The notes beneath the pieces are model-generated. The model did not search any database, was not told where the DNA came from, and saw only the letters and a program-made list of their open reading frames with translations. A program made the translations under genes and the position numbers. Below are positions 48,401 through 60,400 of a stretch of 64,000 nucleotides of DNA, piece after piece. The stretch is from an uncultured Gemmataceae bacterium (GTDB taxonomy: Bacteria > Planctomycetota > Planctomycetia > Gemmatales > Gemmataceae): contig CAVVPN010000004.1 of NCBI GenBank assembly GCA_963750165.1, forward strand, positions 608,001 to 672,000, in the 5' to 3' direction. Every line of letters starts with the position of its first letter. Positions within the stretch are counted from its first letter, which is position 1.

Positions 48401-51400
48401 CAGCGTCTGGGTCATCGGACTGGCGTCCTGCGTGACCGGGCTGGTGGCGTAGCCGCCGTAGTTGCTGACGATCAGCCGGTTGGCCGGGGCGCTGCCGCCG
48501 TTGATGACCAGTCGGCCCTGCACGCCGAGCAGGTTGCCATCGCCAGGCGCCGTCGAGGACACCGTGATGTTGCTGTTGCCGACGCCGTTCTGGATCGTGG
48601 TCACCGTGTTGGCGTGGGTGCCCTGGACATTGAGGTTGTCGCCGGCCACGCCGAGCAGCAGGTTGACGGCGCCGAAGTCGTAGTAGTTGATGCCGGTGGT
48701 GCGCGTGTCCAGCGTCAGGGTGCCGGCCAGTTGCGTCGTGTCGATGTCGGCCGGCGTGATGACCTCGGTGGCGTTGCCGTTCACCACGCTGAACTGGCCG
48801 CGGAAGGTGATGAAGAAGACGTTGTCGTACTTGGTCACCGCGAAATTGTCGGTGAACGGCAGCGCCGGGTTGGTGTTGTTCGGGTTCAGGATCGGGTCGA
48901 GGGCGTTGAACAAATCCTGGGCGCTGGCGTTGTAGGCGACGGCGCCGGTGGTTTCGATGGAGTCCGTGTTCGGGTTCAGCAGCTTGATGGCGAAGCTGCC
49001 GCCGGTGGCGTTGACGGTCAGTGTCTCCACGAGGTTCTGCGGCGGCGCCGTGGTGCCGTTCTGCACGACGGTGGTGGTCACGCTGACGGGGTTGCCCGGC
49101 CCGGCCACCAGGCCGGTCAGCGGCAGCAGGTCGCCGGCGCTGCTCGACTCGGCCCACTGCAACGGAGCGAAGTCGCGGCCGGCGCGGGTGTTGGTGAACG
49201 TGATGGTGAAGGTCACGTTCTTGACTGTGCGGTCCTCGGTGACGGCGATGTCGGTGAAGCCGTACAGCGTCGCCAGCTTCTGTTGCAGCACGGCGGCCGA
49301 GTCGGTGTAGTTCAGGGTCACGGTCTGGTCGCCGCCAAGGACGGCGCCCGCGGCGGCCGGCGTCAGCGCAATCGTGAAGGCCGCCCCGTCCAGCCGGCTG
49401 ATGACGATGGTGTTGCCGGTGACGAACGCCGAGAAGTTCAGAGCTTTGCCCAGCCCGGCCGCCAGTTGCTGGGCGACGACGGCGGGTGTATCGCCGGCCT
49501 GCACCGTGTAGGCCACCGGCCCGGCCAGCGTCGTGGTGCCCGAACCGTCCCGCAGCGTTACGGTCCAGGTGCTGCCGGCGTTGACGGCCGGCGGCAGCAG
49601 GATGGTCTGCGTCAGGCCGGTGACCACCGTGGCGGCGCCCGGTGTCAGGCTGACCGTGTAGTCCACGGCGGTCTGCTCGATGGCGACGACGGTGTTGCCC
49701 TTGGCCACGGCCGCGATCCCCGTGAGGCCGTTCAGTGCGGCGGCCAGGCCCTGGGCCACGGCCGGCAGGTCGTCGCCGGTTTCCGCGACATAGCTGACGG
49801 TGCCGCCCGGCGTCAGCGTCAGCGTCCAGGTGGCGCCCGCGGTCACCGTGCCCTGCAGCGTGATGACCTTGGTGATGCCCGCGACCGGTGCCGTCAGCTT
49901 GTAGGTGCCGCCGTTCGCCTGCACCACCAGCGTCTGCACCTCGGGCACCGCCGGCATGTTCAGGCCGGTGAGCGTGGTGCCGGTCAGCGTGCCGGTGTAG
50001 TGCGTCTGGCTGCCGCTGTCATCGATGTTGAGCACGTCCGCGGGGTTGCCGCCGACCACCGTCAGCAGCGAGGAAATCTGGTCGATCTGCGGCGTCGCGC
50101 TGCTGACGTTGACCGTGCTGGCGCCGGTGCCGGCGTTGATGGTCGTGTGGCCGGAGATGGTGTTGACGTTGAAGGTGTTCTGGCCGCCGCCGCCGTAAAC
50201 GTTGGTCGCGCCCGTGCTGGTCGATTGCACGTTGAAGGTGTTGTTGCCGGTGCCCAGGTAGACGTTTAACACGTCGATGCCCTGGTAGGTGATGCCGCCG
50301 TTGAAGGCGGTGCCGGCGATCACCGTGTCGCCGCCCATGCCCAGGCCGGTGATCTGCGTTGCGGTCAGCGTGCCCGTGTCGTTGGACGGGCTGTGGTTGT
50401 TGAAGACGTTCAGCGTGTTGGTCGATTGCGACTCCGCCACGGTCGTGTTCGGGTTGAACGGAGCGTAGTAGTACAGGGTGCCCGGCGTCGCGGTCGTGGT
50501 GGTCGTCGGCCATGGCGCCGCGAAGGTCACCTCCGTGCCGGAGATGACCGGCGTGAAGTCGCTGTGGAACTGGCCCTTCAGTGCCAGGATCACCGAGGCG
50601 ATGGTGTCGGTGCTCTGGACCTGATACGTCGCCGTTTCGGGCGTGTTGCCGGGATACTGCAGACGGAAGACCCAGGTGGAGCCGACGGCCCCCGGCGTCG
50701 CCAGCACAATCGCGGCCTGCGTCCATTGCACGCTGCTCCCGGCGGCATACAGCGATGCCAGTGTCGGGTCGCCGGAGAAGATGACGCCGCCCTGCGTCGG
50801 GCTGCCGGCGGGCGCCTCGGTGATGTCGAAGTGGCCGGCGCTGATGGCCGCGCCGTTCTTGCGGGTGATGAGCAGATACGCCTCGCCCAGCAGGCCCGTG
50901 CGCTGCTCGACGTTGTACGGCGTGGCCGTGGCGCCGAGCACCGCCGCCAGGTCCGCCGCCACCAGCGACACCACGTTCCGGTTCGGGGCCACCGTCACCG
51001 AGTAGGTCGTGCCGTCCAGCGTGAGCGCCCAGACCTCGCCCACGGCCGGCGTGCCGGTCAGTTGCAGGATCAGTGTCCGCCACTGGAGCGTCGCGCTGAC
51101 GAAGTTGTCGTAGTTGTTGCCGGTCGTCGGATTCTGCACCGGCGTGCCGATGAAGCGGGCAGCGCTGTCCGACGGGGCCACGCCGTTCTGCGTGAAGCTG
51201 ACGGTGAAGGGCACCTGCACGCCGTTGACCGTCTTGGCGCCGACGGAGAGGATGTCGCCCGAGGTCGAGGCCACCGGCAACTGCACGTTCGTGGCCGGGC
51301 CGTTCAGGAACGTGATCGAGTACGAGTAGCTGTTCATGCGCGGGTCGAACCCGGGTCGCTGGCCGGCGTCCTGGCTGACGAACGTGGCGTTCGGGTCGGT

Positions 51401-54400
51401 GATGGTCGCCCGGCCGCGGATGGCGAACGACAGCGTGATCGGGTTCAGGCTCGCCAGGCTGACGGTCACGGTGACGCCCGACGCCGTGGCGTTGACCAGG
51501 CCGCTCTGCATTTGCAGCGCCAGGCCGGCCGCGATGTCCGCCAGCTGGTCGTTCGGCTTGACCGTGTAGCTGAACGTCGGCGAACCGCTGAGCGACGGAA
51601 TGGTGGTCGTCCAGACCTCGCCCACGGCCGGCGTGCCGCCGAGCGTCAGCAGGGCCGTCGCCGGGGTCGGGTAGGTGACAGTGCCCGTGCCCTGCGTCAC
51701 CGAGCCGACCGTGGCCACCGAGCCGTCGGGCACCAGGAAGTTCGTCTCGCCCGGCAGCAGCACCGGGTTGTTCAGGAACTGATCCTGGCCCACGAGCACG
51801 CCGCCGTCGATGGTCAGCGGGCCGCGGATGCTGTTGACGCGCTGATCGGGCGCCGGGAACACCAGGGCGTCACTGCCCTCGACAACGTTGTACGGGTCGT
51901 AGGCGGCCACGGTCACGGTCTGGGCCAAGTTCCAGTTGGCGTGCGTGAACACCAGTTGCGGCGTCAGCGTCGCACCGCCCAGGCTGTCCGGCGAGATGCC
52001 GAAGGCGAAGGTCATGGGGCCGCCGTCGAAGCGGTTGATCGTGAGGACCAGGCCCAGGACGCTCACGTTGTAGGTCGTGGTCGGCACGGCGGCGGCCAAC
52101 CCCGCGGCCACGTCGGCGAGGGCGTCGCCGAACTGCACCGCGTAGGAGTAGGTCACGCCACCCAGCGTCAGGCTCCAGGTCTGGCCCAGGATCGGGAAGC
52201 CCGTCAAGCCCACCTGGACCTGTTGCAGCGTCATGGCGCCGTCGTGCGGGTTGATGGGGTTGCCGCCGGTGTCGCTGAGGCTGGCCTGGAAGGTGCCGGC
52301 GCGCGTCACATCAAGGGCGTTGCCGTTCGTCGCGTCCACCACCGCCGAGTATGGGCCGCTCAGGGCGCTGATGAGCCGCACCAGGCCGCGGGCCACCGTG
52401 TTCAGGTTGTCGCCGGCCTGCACCGTGTAGGTCACGACCACGTTGGCCAGGCCCGGGGCGGTCAGCGTCACGGCCCACTGCTGGCCTGCCGCCGGCGTGC
52501 CAGCCAGCTGCAGCGTCTCGGTGATGTTGGCGCCGCCCTGCTCCGTCTGGATCGGAGTCGTGCCGCCCGTTGGCACCTTCAGGATGGCGAAGTGGCCAAA
52601 GAACGCCGCGTTGACGCTGGCGGTGTTGCGGATGACGAAGGTGTCAGCCGGCAGCCCCGTCGTGCTCGTCGTGTAGTCCTGCGACGTGAACGGGCTCTGG
52701 CCCAGTGCCGCCATCAGCCCGGCCATCACCGCGGCCAGCGGGTCCGGCGCCATCATGTCGGCGGCGGTCATCGTGTAGGCGGCGGTCAGCGTCGCGGTCG
52801 AGTCGTTCGCGATGTAGCCGGCGGCATTGGTCAGCGTGATGGTCCAGGTCTCGCCAACGGCCGGCGTACCGGTCAGCGTCACCTGCAAGTTCGGCGTGGC
52901 CACCTGCACCTCGGCCTGGCCCATGCCGTAGTTGGCTCTCGGGTCGAAGGCCAGCTGCGAGTTGTAGGTCGTCGTCAGCTGCGGCGACACGTTCACCGTC
53001 ACCGGGTTGGTCGGCTGGGCCGTCAGCACCACCGTGTAGGTGTCGGTCACCGGGCTGTTGCTCGTGAAGCTGGAGCCGTACTGCGTGATCGGGTTGAAGG
53101 AGATTTCAAACTGGTCGGTCGCGGCCGGCAGCGGATTCCACGCCTGGTTGACGGTGTATTCGTTGGTCGCCGGGTCGTAGCCCGTGATGACCGCCGACTC
53201 GCCCTTGGCGGCGCCGGTCAGGATGGTGATGGTCTTGCCCACCAGGTCGATGGCCGCCGGGTTGGTCGGGTGACCCGGCAGCGACATGTTCAGCTGGTAC
53301 GCCAGCCCGCCGGGCACATACGGCAGATACTGATCGGGCAGGAAGCCGTCGGCGTAGTGCAGGACCGAGGTCACCTCGATCTGGTAGTTGCCGGCATAGG
53401 TGAACAGGTACTCGAAGTAGGCGTCGAGCGTGGTTGCCTTGGTGCTGGAGGCTGCCTCCTGGATCGTGACGCTGCCGGCGGTCAGGCCCGTTGTGTTCAC
53501 CTGCACCGGCACCGGCTCGGCCGTGGACGAGGTGCCGGTCACGACGAAGCCGATGAAGTACGGCCCGTTGCCGCGCACCAGCGCTGTCGTGCCGCTCGGC
53601 AGGATCAGTTGCAGGGCGCTCTGAATCGCGGAGTCGTCGAGGCCGGCCACCGGGATCGCGGCGGTCGTGGCGCCGTTGTAGCTCAGCGTGAACGAACCCG
53701 CGGCGTCGCTGCTGACGCTCAGCTCCTGGAAGTTGGTCGTCAGGTTGCCCAGCGGCACGAGGTCGGTGGCGCCAGGGGCCGACGGGCCGTACAGCGTGAG
53801 CACCGGGGTGATCGTGTAGCTGTGGTTGACGATCACCGGGTACGAGAACGTGATGCCCAGGAAGCTGAAGGTCTGGTACGTGATCGAGGGCGTCGAGCCG
53901 TTGACGGGCGTGGTGTTGTTGGTGTCAAAGACGCCCAGCAAGGAGCCGCCGCCGCGGCTGAAGTTGGACAGGGGCACGACGAACGGAATGTTCGCGGTGG
54001 CCGTCACCTGGAAGGCCGCCCCCGTGGTCGCGAGCGTGGCGTCGAAGATCAGGGGCGGGCCGGTCTGGTTGCCGGGGTAGCTGGGGTTGTTGATGTCACT
54101 GACGAACGCCGCGGCGATGGTGGCCGGCGTGATGTTGTCCCGCTGCGGGTGCGCCGACACCATGTAGGTGTAGGTGTGGCCGTCGATGGTCAGTGTCCAG
54201 ACGGCGTTGGCCACGATCACGCCCGTGCCGCTCGGCAGGGTCACGGTCACGTTGAGGTAGTGGTCGCGGGTGTCCGGCGTGTTGCTGGTGTTGGTGTACG
54301 CCACCCGATCCTGCTCGACCGGGCCGACGCTCACCGCGCTGCCGTCCGTGGCCACGACCAGCAGGTTGCCGTCCGGGCCCACGCTGGCGTTGACCGAGGC

Positions 54401-57400
54401 GCCGCTGGCCACGGTGAGGTGGCGGCCGTTGATGGCGGTGACCAGGCCGCTGACCACGTTGGCGAACCCAGCCGCCGTGGCCGTGAATGACACCGGCGTG
54501 CCGTTGACCGTGACCGTCCAGGCGTCGCCCGCCGCGCTCGGCGACTGCGCCGCGACCGACTGCTGCACGGCGGTCGGCGGCGTACCGCTGACCGTGTCCG
54601 TGGCCACGGTCGAGTTCCGGGTGACGCTGAAGCTCAGCGCCGGCGTCGCCGTACTGGGGAACAGCGTCAGGTAGATGGTGCTGTAGGTCACCATGCCGAC
54701 CGTCGTGTCCACCTCGACGGCGGTGCGGTCGGTCTGCGTGCCCACGGCCAGCGCCGCCAGTTCCGTGGCGACCGTCGAGGCGGTGGCGCTGCTGGTGCCG
54801 ACCGTCTGCGGATAGGTGGTGCCGTCGACGGTCAAGTTCCAGGTGTCGCCGCTGTTGGCGGGGCCGGTCAGCGTGATCTTGGCGGTTGTGGTCGTGTTCG
54901 CGGGAGCGGTGTCCGCCGAGATCACCTGGGTTTGCAAGGTGCTGGTGAAGTCGAAGCCGCCCACCTGTGTGACCGCGATCTGGTTACCGCGGGCCACGGC
55001 GACGTACATCCCCGGCACCGCCAGGAGCTGGCTCGTCAGGCCCGTGACGACCGCGCTGGGGCTCATGCTGCTGGTCACGACCGGGAAGTTGGCGACGTTC
55101 TGGCCGCTGTTGTTGTTGTCCAGCTTCACGTGCCAGGTGTCCTGGGCCGACACCGGGCCGGTCAGCGTCAGCGTCGCGGACGGTTGGGCGCTGCCGACGG
55201 CGCCCGCCGGCTCGATGTTCAGGGTCAACGTGAAGGAGGCCGCGCCGGTGCCGCTCTCCACGGCTACGAGGGTCGGGCCGTTGGCCTGGACCGTCAACGT
55301 CGTCATGGCCGGGAGGCCGGTGACAGCCTGCAGCAGCGGCGCGAGCCCGCTGGCGATGTTCGTATACATGTCGCCCATGACGACGGGGTACGAGGCCGAG
55401 GTCATCGTGGTGGCGCCCTGGGTCAGCGTCACGCTCCACATGTCGCCCGTGTGGATCGGGGTCGTTTGCAGCGTGAGCAGGCTCGCGAATACGTTGGCCG
55501 GGCTGATGTCCACCGTGCTGCTCAGATCGGTCTGGCTCATGCCCGGGTTCACGATGACGGAGATGGTGTACGGTGTCCCGGTCATCAGGCCGGTGACGGT
55601 GATCGAGTGGTTGGTGCCGCTGTTGGTGGCGAAGGCTGTGAAGGTCGCCGAGATGTTCAGGTCGGCGGCCAGAGCGTTGGCGAGTTGATTGGTTCGCGAC
55701 ATCAGCGAGCCGGTGCTGCCCACCATGACGTTGAACGGACCGTACATCATGGTGCCCTGGGTGATCGTCACGCTCCAGGTGTCGCCGCCGTTGACATCGG
55801 ACTGGCTGATCGGGATGACCTGGTTGCTGCTGTTGGCCGACTGGTTGGCCACGGCCGCGGGGGTGAGCGACAGCTGGACGGTGAACGTCTGCGTCGGGTC
55901 GAGCGCCAGCACGAGGACGCCGGGCGTGCCGGGGCCGTTGGAGGCCACGTAGCCGGACAGCGCCGCCACACCGTTGAAGGCGGTCGTCAGAGCCGCGGCC
56001 AGGCCGGCGGCGGTGCTGCCGCTGGCCTGGGCCTGGCCGACAAACGCGCCGGTGTGGTCGAAGACCGACAGATACCAGGTGTCGCTCGCGCTCGCCGGCG
56101 CCGGCACCGTGACCAGGATGGCCCCGTGCCCGGTGGCGGACGTGAGGGTGCCGACCGGCGTGATCGCCACCGCCAGCGTGAAGGCTGTGCCGCTGGGCCG
56201 GACGACGACGAGGTTGGCCCCGTTCGCGCTGGCCGCGTAGCCGGTGAGCGTCGTGTTGATCTGGTAGGCCAGGCCCCCGGCGATGTCGGCCAGGGTCGAG
56301 AGCGTTACGCCGTTGACCACGCTGCCGGCCATGACGGACGCCGTGACGTCCGTCGCGAGCGTCGCCGTCCACGTGTCGCCCGCGTTAACCGGCCCGGTCA
56401 GCTGGACGCTCTGGGTGGTGGGGGTCGTCGTGACGTGCGTGGTATCGACCGCGCCCGCGGGCGTAACGGTCAGGGTCGCGGTGAAGGCGGTCGCACTGCT
56501 GACGGTCAGCACGGCGCCGCTGGTCGAGCGCGTGTAGCTGGTCGGGATGGCGTTCTTCAGGCCCGTGGCGATGTCCGCCGAGGTGGTGTCGCTCGCCTGC
56601 ACCGTGTACGAGTACGGCACCCCGCCCAGGGTCACGGTCCAGGTCTCGCCGGTGCGCGGCGGGCTGGTGATGGCGAAGTTCACCATCGTCCACTTGATGT
56701 TGGCGAACTCGGTCGGGGCCGGCGTACCGGCGATGCCGACCAGTTCCCGCGGACTGTTGCCCAGGATCGCCGTGCCCACCGTGAACCAGAAGTTCGACCC
56801 CGCCGTCAGCGTGAGAGTCGTCCCGCTGGCGCCAGCCGTCACGTTGGCGCTGCCATCCGCGTTCAGCGCCGCGGCCAGCGCCGTGGCGATGCTGTTGAGC
56901 GTGCTGCTGCCGGTCGTGGTCGGGGCCATGTAGCCCCTGCCGTTGACCTCAAGGAACCAGTCCTCCCCGGCCGCCACGGTGCCGCTCAGGGTCAGCGTCG
57001 CGGTGCTGAAGAAGATGGCCGCCTTGCCGCCGGTGATGGCGCTCTGCAGGTGGGTGGCGATGGTGCCCAGGGTGTCCGAGCCGGTGGCGATGTAGCTGTA
57101 GGTCACGCCGTCCAGGACGATGCTCCACAGCTGGCCGGCGCTGACCGTGCCGGAGAGCGTCAGGGTCGCCGAGGTGAAGGCGGTGGCGGACGGCGTCGCC
57201 ATGATGGCGATGCCGGTCGTGCCGGTCGCCTCCGCCACGCTCGACGTGCCGGTCGGGTTGGTCGGCGCGGCGGTCAGTGTCAGCGTCGCCGCCACCGTGT
57301 CCACCATCACCGTGCCGCCGAAGGCCGCCGTTTGCAGGGCGTTGGTCTGGCGGCTCACCGTGCCAGCGTCAAGGATGTCCTGGGTGACGCCGAGCGTCGT

Positions 57401-60400
57401 GCTGGTCGCGCCGACGAGGTTGAAGCCGCTGTCGGGCTGCTGAATCTCCAGCGTGTCCATCATGCCGTCGCTGCCGTTGACGATGGTCAGCGTGAAGCGG
57501 CCCGGCGTCATCGTCTGGATCGCGTGCTCCAGCCCCACGGCGACGGCGTGGAGGTCGTCCCCCATCAGGGCGGTGTAGGTGTAGGTGTGGTCGCTCAGGC
57601 CGAGTGTGAACACGTCGTTGGCGTGAACCGTCCCGTTCAGCTGCAAGTACGCCACGGTGTAATACGTGCCGGGGGCGTCCGGGGTCGAGAGTGCGCCGGG
57701 GCTCGGGTTCACCATGTCGGGCGTGATCGTGAACTGGTAGTAGGCCGGGGCGTTGCTGCCGGCGCCCTGGATCTTCACGTAGGGCGTCTGCGAATCGATG
57801 GTGCCGCCGAGGTTGGCGTTGCCGAGGGTCGGATCGTAGAAGGTGAAGAAGTTCGTGCCCGACGGCGGCGCGCCCATCGTGTTGCTCGTCGGCGGATCGA
57901 CGATCTGCGCGGTGGCCGGCGTCGTGTTGTTCGCGCTCTGCGACACGGCCTGCGGCGCGAACAGGAAGCCGTCCACCGGGTGCTGCGCGATGGACACCTG
58001 CAGGACGTAGTTGACACCGGCCGGCACGCCCGCGGAGTTGAACGGGAACCAGGCGGTGACGACGAGGTAATACGTCGCGGGCACCGTGCCCTTGAAGGTG
58101 TAGGTCAGGCGGTCGTCGAGCCACCACGAATTGCTCGGGCCCTTGTAGGCGGGGTCGGAGTAGCCCGGGCCCTCGGCGATCAGGTTGCCGGCCTGATCGA
58201 GCAGTTCGAGCCGGCTGGCCCAGAAGACCGAACTGGCCGCGCCGCCTTCCATGTCGAAGATGGCCTGAATGCCGTTGGGGCCGGCATTGTTAATCATGTC
58301 CTGCGTGATCGTGAACGAGTAATAGTCATTGGCGTTGTGGCCGGAGCCGAGCACGGTCAGGTGCGGCAGCGTCGTGGACTGCTCGATGGTCGGGTCGGCG
58401 TTCTGGTTCCACTTGCCGGCGTCGAGGTTCTGGGCGGTGTAGATCGAGTCGTGACTCTGCACCGCCTGCAGCACTGAGGTGCCGAAGTTGCCGGTGAAGT
58501 GCGTGTTCACGTCCAGGGTGGCCGTGCCGCCGAAGGTGTGGGCGGCGTTAATCACGGCGACCAGGGCCTGGGCCAGGCTCGTCGGCGTGTAGTTGCCGCC
58601 GGGGACCGTGTACGTCTGGCCGTCCAGCGTGATGCTGTACGGCTGCCCGTTGTTGACCGTATCGACCAGCACCACGGCGGTGGTGAAGGCGTCCGGCGTC
58701 GGGTTGCCCGTGAGGATCAGGCCCGCGCTGCTGGTCGAAACCCGCGAGACGCCGCCCGGGTTGCTCGGGTTGGCCGTCAGGTCCACCGCCGCCGTGATCT
58801 GGCTGACGGTGCCGTTGCCCAGCACGACGTTGCTGGTCGGCTCGATGACGTTGGTCGAACCGTTGCTCTGCTGGATGAGCACGCCCGGCGTCTTGTTGTC
58901 GGTGATGGTCACGTCCACGGAGGCGGGCGTCAGCGTGTCGTGGTTCTGCCCGGCGGTGAAGCCGTACAGGGCCGAGGAACCGCCGATGCCGTAGTTGTTC
59001 AGCGTCAGCACCCATTGCGTGCCCTGCGGGATGCTGACCGGCATGGTGATGGCCGACAGGTCCAGCACCAGCGTCACCCAGTAATTGGCGCTCGGCGTCG
59101 CGCTGGTGAACGACGCGGCGGGGGTCACGACCGTGCCATTGACCTGCGTCTGGCTCACGGTGGCGCTGAAGGGCGCCCCTTCCAGCTGGACCGTGCCGCC
59201 CGCCGCCAGCACTGCGGTGCCGCCGAACGGTCCGCCGGCGATGGCGTTGCGCAGCTGACTGGCCACGGTCGCCAGCGTGTCCCCGGCGACGGCCGTGTAC
59301 TGATACGTGTGTCCGTCCAGCGTCAGCGCCCACACCTGGCCGGCGCTGACGGTGCCGCTGAACAGCACGGTCGCCGTGGCGAAGGCCGACGCCTGCGGCA
59401 CACTGGTGATGGTGATGCCCGGCGTCGTGCTGCTGATGCTCGACGTGCCGTTCGCGTTGCTCGTGCTGCTCGTGAGCAGCACCGACGGATCGACGAAGGG
59501 ACCGCTCAGCGCCGCCGTGCCGCCGAAGCCGCCCGTGGTGATCGCGGCGTGCAGCTTGCCCGCGACGGTTTCCAGCGTGTCGCCGGCGGCGGCCGTGTAG
59601 CTGTACGTCTGGCCGTCCAGGGTGATGGCCCACACCTGGCCGGCGCTGACACTGCCCGTGAACAGCAGAGCCGCCGTGCTGAAGGCCGCCGCGTTGGGCA
59701 GGCCGGTGATGGTGATGCCCGCCGTCAGGCTGCTGACACTGGACAGGCCGCCGACGTTGGCGGGGTTGGCGGTCAGGTGCAGCACTGGTCCGGCGTAGGC
59801 GTCGTTGCTGATCTCGTTCAGCAGCGCCTGGGCGATGGTTTGCAGCGTGTCGCCGGCCACCGAGGTGTAGCTGTACGGCACGCCGTCCAGCAGCAGGCCC
59901 CACGTCTGGCCGCTGATGGTGCCGTTGGCGTTGATGGGGGAGAAGGTCACCAGGGCGTTGCTGAAGCCGCCCGCGGACGGGCTGGCGGTGATGGCGATGC
60001 CGCTCGTGGTCGCCTGAATGCTGGACACGCCGCCCGGGTTGGCCGCGTTGGCCGTCAGGCTGATCGTCACCTGCAGCAGCTTGACCGTCAGCGTCGCGCC
60101 GCTGGCCGTTGCCTGGTACGGCAGGCCGGCGGTCGTGACGGCAGCGGCCAGGCCGGCGGCCACCTGGGTCGGGCCGTCGCCCATGACCGCGACATAACTG
60201 ACTTCGCTGCCGTTGAGGTTCAGCACGAAGCGGTCGCCAGTGGTGACCGCGTTGGTCAGCGTCACGGAGGCGCTGCCGTCGAACGCCTTGACGGAACTGC
60301 CGTCGATGCTCGCCGAGAAGCCGGCCGGCGTCTGGAAGTCCGCGAGGGTGAAGCGGAACACCGTCGGGTTGCTGATCGTCACCTGGCTGCCGGTCGCGGT